Shown: positions 9,904 to 18,875 of the stretch, in pieces | Numbering within the stretch: position 1 is the first letter of the stretch | Layout: each line of letters opens with the position of its first letter | NCBI GenBank assembly: GCA_964631415.1 | Contig: CAZVZC010000002.1 | Coordinates: forward strand, 61,952-125,951 | Source: an uncultured archaeon | GTDB taxonomy: Archaea; Asgardarchaeota; Thorarchaeia; Thorarchaeales; Thorarchaeaceae | Length of the DNA: 64,000 nucleotides | Direction of reading: 5' to 3' | Notes under the pieces: generated by a model | The model's database searches: none | What the model was told of the DNA's origin: nothing | Seen by the model: only the letters and a program-made list of their open reading frames with translations | Program-made: the position numbers and the translations under genes

Positions 9904-11805
9904 CTACGAGCTTGTCGAACGACTACGTGTCCACTCTAGCGCTAGCCTTCGGACTGTCTCCTGAGTAGGCAATCCCGTTGTTTCGTCCCAGCCTCGTAAC
10001 CTGTAATAGTCATTGAGCATGGGTTCTAGGTTGACCCTCTGACCTTTCCCAGGTCCCTCTGGCATCGGATCAACAGTGAAACGTTTCGGAAGGGTGTCGT
10101 CCTTCCGGCTTATTCCCTCTCGTGCGTTGAAAAGGCGCTTCAGAGTCACCTGCCGCTCTGCAATCTCTATCAGGTTCTTTATCTCTCCAAAGTGACTCAC
10201 TCCGGTCAGGACAGGCAGCATCTGTGCGAAGTCCTCCATCCAGAAGATTGGCGGCCATGACACAGAGTACCAGCACACAATTAGAGCATCACGAATACAG
10301 TACGTGTTCTCAGTCTCGACGACAGCTGCGGCTTTGTACTTCTCAGTGTACGGGTCCACTATCTCTGGGAGTTTGTCGCGACCCCACCTCTTGGCGGCAA
10401 CCTCTTGATAGCCCAGCTGATCGACAGTGACAAGACTCCTGAGGTGGTCAGCCCCTCGAGCGGCGGTGGCATGAGATAGGCCGATACTCCTGTGAGTTCG
10501 CCCGTCCTGACCGGAGACCTCGAGTCCCTTGACATGGATGGCAAACTGTTCAGAACCACGCCCTATTCTCCGAGAGGCCTCCCGGCTCCCTTCCGCCAAT
10601 AAGTCCCCGAAGCCTGTCCTGTTGCCAATCATATCGAGCAGCTGTAGGGCCTGTTCACTGTTGCCCCACTCAAGGTCGATACCGCCGGTCATCTTGCTGT
10701 CAATCAAGCCATTCTGAAAAGCTTCGGTGGCAAAGGCGATGCAGGACCCGGCTGAGATCATATCTATGCCAAACCTGTTGCAGATCTGATTGGCTCTGAG
10801 AGCAGTTGGAAAGTCTGAGATTCCCAGAAGGCTCCCGAATGCCATCAGACCTTCATACTCAGGGCCTTCTTCAAGAGTGCCAGCGTAAGGACCTTCACGA
10901 ACGTAGTTTACTTTCTTGCAGCCAAGACTACAGCCGAAACATGCCCTGTCCCCAATAGTGTATCTGGGTCTGATGTAGTCGCCACTGAGCTTTTCCCAAC
11001 CTGAGAAGACACCTGTGCGGTGATTGTATGTCGGGAGTTCGCCTATTGTCTGCTTGACAGCAGTGAGGACCCATGTACCATACTTGTGCATCTGCTGGGC
11101 CTGAGGATTCTGCCTGACTCTCCTGTGGGCATCCTTTGCCAGTTCTACAAAATGCTCATGGTCGCTGACCTCGATCCCTTGGTGACCTCGAACTGCGATT
11201 GCTTTCACGTTCTTCGACCCAAGGACCGCACCCATACCCGTTCTGCCCGCCGCACGAGCGTTGTTCACTATTATCGATGCAAAACGGACACATCGTTCTC
11301 CCGCAGGACCTATAGCTGCAACTTGGACATCTGGGTCATTGTGCTTGCTCCGGATTGCAGCTGACACCTCATCAGTCTTCAACCCCCAGAGATCAGATGC
11401 ATTGATTATCTCAAGATCTTGGTCATGAATGCTGACATAGACGGGCTTTTCGGCGCGACCCTCAATCACTAGAGCATCGTACCCGGCATACTTCAGCTCT
11501 GGTCCAATGAAGCCTCCAACATGAGATTCGCCCCATATGCCCGTCAGAGCTGCCTTGGAAACGAACACGGTTCTGCCACTCATTGGCCATAGCGTCCCAG
11601 TCACTGGGCCGGTCGCCAGTATCAGCTTATTCTTCTCGCCGAGTGGGTCAGTCTTTGCTGGCACTTCATCATACAGGATTCTGGCCGCAAACCCGTCGCC
11701 ACCAATGTACTCGTGGACCCACTCAATCGGCAGTGGCTCGACTCGGAAGTCGCCCCTGTTGAGGTCGGCCCTTAGTATTCTGCCTGCATAGCCTCCGGGC
11801 TTCAA
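9904..11805 (-). CDS. aor: Tungsten-containing aldehyde:ferredoxin oxidoreductase (AOR family)
   Basis: The N-terminus MKPGGYAGRILRADLNRG...YIGGDGFAARILYDEV...LILATGPVTGT matches the AOR N-terminal domain. Length is 633 aa. It lies 1 nt from the upstream polyferredoxin gene. Confidence 0.9.
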   Translation of the reverse strand: MKPGGYAGRILRADLNRGDFRVEPLPIEWVHEYIGGDGFAARILYDEVPAKTDPLGEKNKLILATGPVTGTLWPMSGRTVFVSKAALTGIWGESHVGGFIGPELKYAGYDALVIEGRAEKPVYVSIHDQDLEIINASDLWGLKTDEVSAAIRSKHNDPDVQVAAIGPAGERCVRFASIIVNNARAAGRTGMGAVLGSKNVKAIAVRGHQGIEVSDHEHFVELAKDAHRRVRQNPQAQQMHKYGTWVLTAVKQTIGELPTYNHRTGVFSGWEKLSGDYIRPRYTIGDRACFGCSLGCKKVNYVREGPYAGTLEEGPEYEGLMAFGSLLGISDFPTALRANQICNRFGIDMISAGSCIAFATEAFQNGLIDSKMTGGIDLEWGNSEQALQLLDMIGNRTGFGDLLAEGSREASRRIGRGSEQFAIHVKGLEVSGQDGRTHRSIGLSHATAARGADHLRSLVTVDQLGYQEVAAKRWGRDKLPEIVDPYTEKYKAAAVVETENTYCIRDALIVCWYSVSWPPIFWMEDFAQMLPVLTGVSHFGEIKNLIEIAERQVTLKRLFNAREGISRKDDTLPKRFTVDPMPEGPGKGQRVNLEPMLNDYYRLRGWDETTGLPTQETVRRLALEWTRSRSTSS

Positions 11806-11806
11806 C

Positions 11807-12352
11807 TCAACTCTCTCCGCCAGACTCGTGCGTCTGCCCAGTCCGTCTGATCTCTCTCAGGTAGCCTGTGATCTTGTCGTGTCTACTCAGGACTGATGCT
11901 TGGGCGGCCGATGCATACTGAATGGCACCCGTTGGGCACGCCTTTGCACACTCCGGGTCGCCACCACAATGGTCGCACTTCAGAATTCGCATACGGGAGG
12001 TGTCAAGCCGGATGACGCCGTTCACGCAGGCTCCTGCGCAGGACTTGCATAGGATGCACTTGTCTTCGTCAAGATAGGTCATCTTCGAAGTGGGATCCCG
12101 CCGCATCGCATAGACTGGGCATACTTCAACGCAGGGTGCTTCCTCGCAAGGGCCGCACACATTGGGAATGTCTATGCCTAGGTCATCATATCTGATTACT
12201 TTGAGCCGGGCAAGACTGGGCCGAAAGACACCTTCTTTCTTCGCAGAACATGCGAGCTCGCATATTCTGCAACCGGTGCACTTCGTTTGGTCAACGATCA
12301 GCATTGAAGGCAGCGTGTCCACCTCATCTAACATGCCCGTACACAGAGTCAC
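11807..12352 (-). CDS. 4x[4Fe-4S] ferredoxin-domain protein, probably the AOR electron-transfer partner
   Basis: Four Cys clusters are present: CTGCRICELAC, CGPCEEAPCVEVCP, CILCKSCAGAC and CDHCGGDPECAKACP. The stop is 1 nt from the AOR start. Confidence 0.85.
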   Translation of the reverse strand: MTLCTGMLDEVDTLPSMLIVDQTKCTGCRICELACSAKKEGVFRPSLARLKVIRYDDLGIDIPNVCGPCEEAPCVEVCPVYAMRRDPTSKMTYLDEDKCILCKSCAGACVNGVIRLDTSRMRILKCDHCGGDPECAKACPTGAIQYASAAQASVLSRHDKITGYLREIRRTGQTHESGGES

Positions 12353-12382
12353 GCTAAAAGCTTCCTGCTCTGTGCGTGTCGG

Positions 12383-13456
12383 TCATACGCTCAAGACCCA
12401 ACCGTAGCTGTCCCGTTTCTCTCCACATTGTATCCCAAGTATCTCATCGTATAGCCTTCGAGTCAGATCCCCTGTCTTGCCACCGTTTATCACATGTGCC
12501 TTCCCCTGATATGAAAGCTCACCGATAGGTGCTATTATGGCTGCAGTACCTGCGCCGAAAACCTCTCTCACCGTTCCGGACTTAATCCCTTTCAGAAGCT
12601 CATGGATAGATATCCGCCGCTCGCTGACCTTCAACCCCCAGTCACGAGATATTCGTAGAACGGAGTCCCTAGTTATACCGGGCAGTATGGTCCCGTCTAG
12701 TGGAGACGTAGCGAGTTCATCCTTGAACTTCACGAACACATTCATTGTACTGGTTTCTTCGATGTATTCCCGCTCGAGCGCATCCAGCCATAGGACTTGC
12801 GAATAGCCCTGGTCCGCTGCCTCCTTTCCAGCCAACAGACTTGCAGCATAGTTGCCAACTGTCTTGGAGAAGCCAATGCCGCCGCGTACGGCCCTCACGT
12901 ACTTCTCTGAAACCAACAGCTTCACAGGGTCGAAGCCTTCTTTGAAATATGGACCCACCGGGCTCAGAATGATGAAGAAAAGGTACTCAAGTGAAGCCCG
13001 GACTCCGAGCTTTGGCTCAGTCGCTATCATTGTTGGCCTGATATAGAGTGAGGTCCCGGGGATCTCCGGTATCCAGTCGCGCTCGATCCGTATGAGCTCT
13101 GTCAAACAGTCTAGAACGAAGTCAATGTCGACATCCGGCATGACTATTCTTTTCGCTGAGGCGTTGAGCCGCAGGATGTTGTCACGAGGCCTGAAGAGGT
13201 ACACGTTCCCCTTCCTTCGATAGGCCTTCATGCCCTCGAACACGCCCTGACCATAATGAAGGCACATTGCGGCGGGATTCAGAGACAAGGGCTGAAAGGG
13301 ACCTATCCCCGGGTCAGTCCACTGACCTCCTTGATAACTCATTGTGAACATGTGGTCAGTGAAGGTTGTGCCAAACTCCAGCTTGAGCGGGTCAGCCGGC
13401 TTCTGCTTCCTCTGTCCGGGGGGTAGGAGTTCCACTTTCAGATTCATCACCCTCAC
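12383..13456 (-). CDS. ilvE: Branched-chain amino acid aminotransferase (class IV PLP enzyme)
   Basis: The signature FGTTFTDHMF...GGQW...LHYGQGVFEGMKAYR is typical of BCAT. It heads the BCAT–ferredoxin–AOR operon on the minus strand. Confidence 0.85.
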   Translation of the reverse strand: MRVMNLKVELLPPGQRKQKPADPLKLEFGTTFTDHMFTMSYQGGQWTDPGIGPFQPLSLNPAAMCLHYGQGVFEGMKAYRRKGNVYLFRPRDNILRLNASAKRIVMPDVDIDFVLDCLTELIRIERDWIPEIPGTSLYIRPTMIATEPKLGVRASLEYLFFIILSPVGPYFKEGFDPVKLLVSEKYVRAVRGGIGFSKTVGNYAASLLAGKEAADQGYSQVLWLDALEREYIEETSTMNVFVKFKDELATSPLDGTILPGITRDSVLRISRDWGLKVSERRISIHELLKGIKSGTVREVFGAGTAAIIAPIGELSYQGKAHVINGGKTGDLTRRLYDEILGIQCGEKRDSYGWVLSV

Positions 13457-13631
13457 GACACCTGAGCCGCTAAGGGCACCTGACCTTTAGGTTTTCGGTT
13501 GAGTGGAGGCAGCAACTGGAGCGCAAGAAGCCAGTAGTCGTTAGTACCGCTGGTCAGAAAACGTTAAGTCGGTCTTACGAGCATCAAGATGACACAGCTT
13601 TGCTGGCTGGCACCAAAGAAGGACGATATCC

Positions 13632-14243
13632 ATGAGCCACGGCCCGGGGTTTAGACAGCGTGGAGATGACTACCTCTACCTCGATCCAAAAGACGTGCTG
13701 GCTCAGTATAGTGTGGAGTGGGTGGCCCTTCGTCAGTCATACGAGGAAGTCAAGACAAGACTCCTACAGGTGCAGACCGAACTGACGGCGCTGGATCAGA
13801 AGCTGGAGAGGGGCGAGATAACAGAGCAGGAGCATCTACAGCAGTACAGGGAGAGATGGGCCACATCCACTCAGATGATCGAAGTGAAAAGAGAAGTCGA
13901 GGCGAGACTCTACGACATCCAGCGAGAGATAAGGGCCGCCAATAAGATGCTCAAGGAAATGGAGGAGGAGCGACTCAAGAGGGAACGTCTTGAGCAAGAG
14001 AAGAGCAATGCCTTGATCGAATGGATGGCATTGAAGCAAGGTTTCGATCTTGTCATGGGCAGAAGGAAAGACATAACGACTGAGATGGACAAGATTGAGC
14101 TCCGTCGTAGAACAAGCAAGATATCGGACACGGAGTATCGTGGCGCTCGAGTGGCCCAAATCCGACAGCTGGCAGAGCTCAGAACACTTGAAACAGACAT
14201 CAAGAATCGTCTGGGTGAGCTTCTGGAGATCATTCGCAAGTAG
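13632..14243 (+). CDS. Hypothetical coiled-coil protein (203 aa)
   Basis: ATG at 13632. The protein is highly charged with heptad-like repeats (LERGEITEQEHLQQYRERW...KMLKEMEEERLKRERLEQEK). It is divergent from the BCAT operon. Confidence 0.5.
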   Translation: MSHGPGFRQRGDDYLYLDPKDVLAQYSVEWVALRQSYEEVKTRLLQVQTELTALDQKLERGEITEQEHLQQYRERWATSTQMIEVKREVEARLYDIQREIRAANKMLKEMEEERLKRERLEQEKSNALIEWMALKQGFDLVMGRRKDITTEMDKIELRRRTSKISDTEYRGARVAQIRQLAELRTLETDIKNRLGELLEIIRK

Positions 14244-14429
14244 TGATTGGGTCCACAGAAAGTCGAGAGGAGCAGCGGAATCGAGATTCCGACGACCAAC
14301 TCACAATTCGCTTTGGTGGACTTGAGCGCAAGTCTGCGCATTCAACGGGCCGAGCTGGACACATCACCAACCGAACCATTAATATCCTATTTCACCACGG
14401 TCCCGCCAGAAATCGGAGGAAGACAAACC

Positions 14430-15692
14430 GTGTCAAGTTCTGGATTCAATCCATGGGAGGCTGTTTTGACCCAACTGCGGACTGCTGCTGAGGCCATCAA
14501 GCTGGATGGAAACATACTCAAGATACTTGAGAAGCCGGACAAGATACTAATAACGTACTTCCCCGTTATCATGGACGATGGACACCTTGAGATGTTCGAG
14601 GGGTACAGAGTGCAGCATTCGCACCATCGAGGACCATGCAAGGGTGGAATCCGATATTCGCCCGACCTGAGCCTCGACGAAGTGAAAGCCTTGGCTGCAC
14701 TAATGACATGGAAGACCGCTGTCGTGAATATCCCTTTTGGCGGCGCCAAAGGAGGAGTTGTGTGTGATCCGTGGAAGCTTAGTCTTGGAGAGCTCAAGCG
14801 GATGACACGGAGATTCACTTACAGCCTGATCAACATGATTGGCCCAGAGTCCGACATACCTGCACCTGACGTAAACACAAACTCTGAGGTTATGTCGTGG
14901 ATGCTTGATACATACTCTATGATTACCGGCCACACTGAGCTCAGTGTTGTGACGGGCAAGCCAGTGGAAATCGGCGGTAGTATCGGCAGAACGGAAGCGA
15001 CAGGAAGAGGGCTGTTCTATGTGATGGAGGAGGCTTTGAAACAGAGAGGTCGAAGCACGAGAGGAATGCAGGTTGCTGTGCAGGGCTTTGGCAACGTAGG
15101 CAGTTACTTCTGCCGATTCGCTCATCAGGCAGGCTACAAGGTGGTAGCTGTTACCGACGCCTTTGGCGGAGTCTTCAGCCCGAACGGGCTTGATATCCCG
15201 AAGCTCATCGAGTATTCCTCGAAACATCCTAAGAGATCAGTTGCGGGCTTCCCGGATGCAGACACCATGACTAACGAGGAGCTCTTCGGACTCGATGTGG
15301 ATGTTCTCGCCCCCTGTGCCATGGGCGATGCCATCAACGAGAGGAATGCGGATTCTGTGAAGGCCTCACTAGTAGTTGAAGGAGCGAACGGCCCGACCAC
15401 TCCGGAAGCTGATGCAATTCTGTCAGAAGAAGGAATAACAGTAGTCCCAGACATTCTTGCCAACGCTGGCGGTGTGACAGTTTCCTACTTTGAGTGGGTT
15501 CAGGGACTACAGCACTTCTTCTGGAGCGATCAACAGGTCAATCAGGCGCTCCGCGATATCCTTGTCAGAGCCTTCAACGAGGTCAACAAGACGGCAACGG
15601 ATTTCAACATCAGGAATCTCCGAACTGCTGCCCTCGCATTGGCTGTGGGACGGGTAGCAAAGGCAATAGAACTGAGGGGCATATTCCCATAG
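14430..15692 (+). CDS. gdhA: Glutamate dehydrogenase (Glu/Leu/Phe/Val dehydrogenase family), paralog 1
   Basis: Contains KGGIRY, the FGGAKGG catalytic-Lys motif, and the VQGFGNVG Rossmann motif. The listed ORF begins at a TTG at 14247. The GTG at 14430, preceded by GGAGGA (14415-14420), gives a canonical ~420-aa GDH. Confidence 0.85.
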   Translation: MSSSGFNPWEAVLTQLRTAAEAIKLDGNILKILEKPDKILITYFPVIMDDGHLEMFEGYRVQHSHHRGPCKGGIRYSPDLSLDEVKALAALMTWKTAVVNIPFGGAKGGVVCDPWKLSLGELKRMTRRFTYSLINMIGPESDIPAPDVNTNSEVMSWMLDTYSMITGHTELSVVTGKPVEIGGSIGRTEATGRGLFYVMEEALKQRGRSTRGMQVAVQGFGNVGSYFCRFAHQAGYKVVAVTDAFGGVFSPNGLDIPKLIEYSSKHPKRSVAGFPDADTMTNEELFGLDVDVLAPCAMGDAINERNADSVKASLVVEGANGPTTPEADAILSEEGITVVPDILANAGGVTVSYFEWVQGLQHFFWSDQQVNQALRDILVRAFNEVNKTATDFNIRNLRTAALALAVGRVAKAIELRGIFP

Positions 15693-15895
15693 TCACTCAT
15701 GTGTCAGTGGCTCGACTACTGCAGAATCTCTATGCGATGAATCTGGCTGGCCTGTGCACAACAGCACTGTCGGTGCCATTTGGATGCTGATTGGCGCCTC
15801 CTAGTGAATGCACGAAGCGGTCAGATTCATCCTTCCTGTGAGAGGCATGGCAAGCCTGTACCAGCTGGTACCGCGGATTGTCAGGAAAGACTGGT

Positions 15896-15917
15896 GGACC
15901 ATCCGAATGGATGGTCC
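15896..15917 (-). terminator. Perfect 9-bp-stem hairpin (GGACCATCC-GAAT-GGATGGTCC) immediately 3' of the gdh2 stop
   Basis: The inverted repeat was read directly. It starts 11 nt downstream of the gdh2 stop codon (15928-30), in the convergent gdh1/gdh2 intergenic region. No obvious T-tract follows, so any terminator function is inferred. Confidence 0.3.
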
Positions 15918-15927
15918 CAGAAGAATT

Positions 15928-17265
15928 CTACGGAAATAGACCACGTAGTTGCATGACTGAGGCGATTCTGCCAACAGCGAGCATGAACGCCGCAGTCCTC
16001 ATATGGACGGTTTCTTTCTTAGAGAGCTCATAGACTTCCCGGAATGCTTTCATGATCCGTGCCTCGAGTTTGGCATTCACCTCTTGCTCAGTCCAGTACT
16101 CTCGTCTAAGGTTCTGAAGCCACTCGAAGTAAGAAACTGTCACACCGCCAGCGTTGGCAAGAATGTCGGGGACAACGAAAGTGCCAGCTTCGAAGAGAAT
16201 GTCGTCGGCTTCAGGTGTCGTAGGACCATTTGCCCCTTCTACAACTATCTTCGCATTCACTGAAGAAGCATTGGCTGCCGTTATCTCGTTCTCCAGAGCG
16301 CAGGGAAACAGGAAGTCAACGTCGAGTTCGACCACCTTGTCAATTGGTATTTGTCTGGCTCCGGGGTAGCCTTTCACAGACCCGGTTCGTGCCTTGAAGT
16401 CACCGACCTTTCGAGCATCGAGTCCATCGGGATTGTAGATTGCGCCTTGAGAGTCACTACACGCAACGATTCTCATGCGAAGATCTGCTGCCAGCCAAGC
16501 TGAGTTGTAGCCGACATTTCCGTACCCGGTCACTGCAACAGTGGAGCCCTCCAGTTTTGTACCTGTTACCTTGGCCGCCTCTCTGGCACATATGACCACA
16601 CCCCTCGATGTGGCCTCGTTCCGACCCAGGGACCCACCAAGTGCAATCGGTTTACCTGTCACAACTCCGGGCTCCGCAATCCCTGCTATTGCGCCATAGG
16701 TATCCATTATCCACGCCATTGTCTGAGGGTTTGTGTTGACGTCGGGAGCCGGAATGTCCCTCAATGGGCCAATAATGGAACTGATCTCTGATGTGAACCT
16801 GCGGGTCAGCCTTTCGAGCTCGGCACTGCTCATCTCTTTGGGATTACAGACAATCCCACCCTTGGCACCGCCGTATGGTATGTCCACGACTGCCGTCTTC
16901 ATAGACATCCATGTGGCAAGTGCCTTGACCTCATCAAGATTCACCTGAGGACCATAGCGAATACCTCCCTTGAAGGGGCCACGCGCGTCGTTGTGCTGGA
17001 CTCTATAACCGCGAAACACGCGCAGCTGACCATTGTCCATTCTTATTGGAACTGACACCTCCAAGACACGCTTAGGCTGTTTGATGATTTCGATGATGCC
17101 AGGGTCGATTTTCATCCGCTTCGCAACGATGTCAATCTGATGCTGAGCGATTTCGAATGGGTTGTTCGTTGTACTACGATGTGTTTCCTCTTCCAACTTC
17201 GCGTTCCTCCATTGGAACATGCTCTGGAAAGGCATTCGCGCGTTGATGCTCCGACTATTAAACAC
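15928..17265 (-). CDS. gdhA: Glutamate dehydrogenase, paralog 2
   Basis: Contains RGPFKGGIRY, YGGAKGG and VTGYGNVG. The N-terminal region aligns in layout with archaeal GDH (NPFEIAQHQIDIVAKRM). The ORF starts at a GTG, and the true start may be an internal ATG at 17235 or 17220. Confidence 0.85.
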   Translation of the reverse strand: MFNSRSINARMPFQSMFQWRNAKLEEETHRSTTNNPFEIAQHQIDIVAKRMKIDPGIIEIIKQPKRVLEVSVPIRMDNGQLRVFRGYRVQHNDARGPFKGGIRYGPQVNLDEVKALATWMSMKTAVVDIPYGGAKGGIVCNPKEMSSAELERLTRRFTSEISSIIGPLRDIPAPDVNTNPQTMAWIMDTYGAIAGIAEPGVVTGKPIALGGSLGRNEATSRGVVICAREAAKVTGTKLEGSTVAVTGYGNVGYNSAWLAADLRMRIVACSDSQGAIYNPDGLDARKVGDFKARTGSVKGYPGARQIPIDKVVELDVDFLFPCALENEITAANASSVNAKIVVEGANGPTTPEADDILFEAGTFVVPDILANAGGVTVSYFEWLQNLRREYWTEQEVNAKLEARIMKAFREVYELSKKETVHMRTAAFMLAVGRIASVMQLRGLFP

Positions 17266-17537
17266 TGACGGTCGTCTGACAACTGTGGATAAAACGACTC
17301 ACTCTTTTTGTGAAGTTATGCCATCGCGTGACGGATAAGGGTCTGAATGTGTCGTTCCTGACAAAACCCTATGTACTGAATTGCCACAGTGGTGTAGCTT
17401 GGGAACACAACCAAGTCAACACAGTTCGTGGCCCATCTTGGCTTCATGGCAGCACGACTCATCTCAGCTCTGCTTCCTGTCTTGCCAAGAGGTAGAACTG
17501 GAACCTGCCCCTCACACATAGTTGGCTTGCTGTATAT

Positions 17538-18620
17538 CTAGCGGGCCGGTTTTAGCAGCTCCCTAAGCTTCCTACCCTTGTACATCTCCATTCTCTTGCG
17601 AACGAACATCAAAGCGACTATCCTGTGACTGAAGAGGATGGTCATGCGAGGGGTGAGGTATGTAACATTGGCACCTCCGAAGGCGCTAGGGAATCTTTCT
17701 CTGTAGCCATCGTCCCATTTCAGATAGTCGCCAATACTGTAGTGGTTGCCAAGCAGAAGGAGATTGTACCTGCCTTGCACTGTCCTAAAAGCAACAGGAA
17801 CATGCGGGTCGACCATGATATCGCGCATGATCTTTTCCGATTGTTTCTTTACTTCGACCAATGAGAGGGTCAGCATGCAATCTGGAGGAACGAAGTAACT
17901 GGGGAAGCTGCAAACCGGGCGAGCGATGTACCCTTCGTCCATCAGCGAGGCAATCCGCTTTTCAACCGTCTTTCGATGCAAGCCGGTCTTCTTACATAGA
18001 TGAGCCTCATTGATCTTGAGGCCAACTCCCGAACATAGACAATTCAGTATCTTGAAGTCTAGATCATTGAGCATGAACCCGCCGTTATTGTTAGTACCGT
18101 TTATTCGAGCCTTTTCAATCATGAGAGCCAATCCAGAAGACGGTTCGTGCTTGATCGTTAGCTCGTTTGAGTGGTAGAATGAACTCGAAAGAAATGATGT
18201 AAGTTCCTCAGGGATATTGTACTCTGTCCTCATGACTGACGGAAGTGATTCTCTCCAGCGGAGATAGCTTGTCAGGTTCTCATGGTATAGGAAGAGCAGG
18301 GTGTTGAAATCAGACTGTCTGGTTCGGAAGGCTGCGAATATGTATGGGTCTTCTCTTATCCACTTCTCGAACCGGACGTCATCTGGAGCCTCGAGATAAA
18401 GAATCACGAACAGCGGATAGACCTTGCCCAATCCGACGAATGGAACGTATGGAGTATCCAGAATCCCATTGTCAATTATGGCCTTGACTCTGCCCATAAT
18501 CGTGTGCCTGTGATGACCCAGTTCGCGAGAGAGCTCGCTAAGGTTTACACGTACAGCATCCCCGGACAACAACTCCTCTAGGATTACTAGATTGTTCTTG
18601 TCAGCTAGAAGATCTGGCAC
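17538..18620 (-). CDS. Putative transcriptional regulator with two tandem Lrp/AsnC-like winged-HTH-plus-effector modules
   Basis: Two HTH-like segments are present: NLSELSRELGHHRHTIMGRVKAIIDNGIL and INEAHLCKKTGLHRKTVEKRIASLMDEGYI. Each is followed by a ~100-aa domain. The gene is divergent from gdh3 and upstream of gdh2. It has a GTG start. Confidence 0.5.
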   Translation of the reverse strand: MPDLLADKNNLVILEELLSGDAVRVNLSELSRELGHHRHTIMGRVKAIIDNGILDTPYVPFVGLGKVYPLFVILYLEAPDDVRFEKWIREDPYIFAAFRTRQSDFNTLLFLYHENLTSYLRWRESLPSVMRTEYNIPEELTSFLSSSFYHSNELTIKHEPSSGLALMIEKARINGTNNNGGFMLNDLDFKILNCLCSGVGLKINEAHLCKKTGLHRKTVEKRIASLMDEGYIARPVCSFPSYFVPPDCMLTLSLVEVKKQSEKIMRDIMVDPHVPVAFRTVQGRYNLLLLGNHYSIGDYLKWDDGYRERFPSAFGGANVTYLTPRMTILFSHRIVALMFVRKRMEMYKGRKLRELLKPAR

Positions 18621-18875
18621 GCGACGGATGCCTCCGTGACATAATTAATACTTTCGCGTAGATGCAATGCCGGAAATGTCAGAAGACCGGCGGCGCTGCT
18701 GGGTGATATTCTTTACACATAGAATCTGGGGGAATGGTACGCAAGTGCACTCTCTGTGGCCCGATTGTACGCTTTCTGACACCACGGCTTGTCTGTGGGT
18801 CCGCCGGCCTTAAGTGTATTCCACTTGCCCGAAAAATCACAAGCTCTTGTAAACAACCCAAAGGAGCTAGAGAAC
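18621..18875. promoter_or_regulatory. Divergent promoter region between the Lrp-like regulator and gdh3
   Basis: A 255-bp intergenic stretch with AT-rich boxes (ataattaatactttc; cttaagtgtattcc). A strong AAGGAG RBS lies at 18861-18866. Confidence 0.3.
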
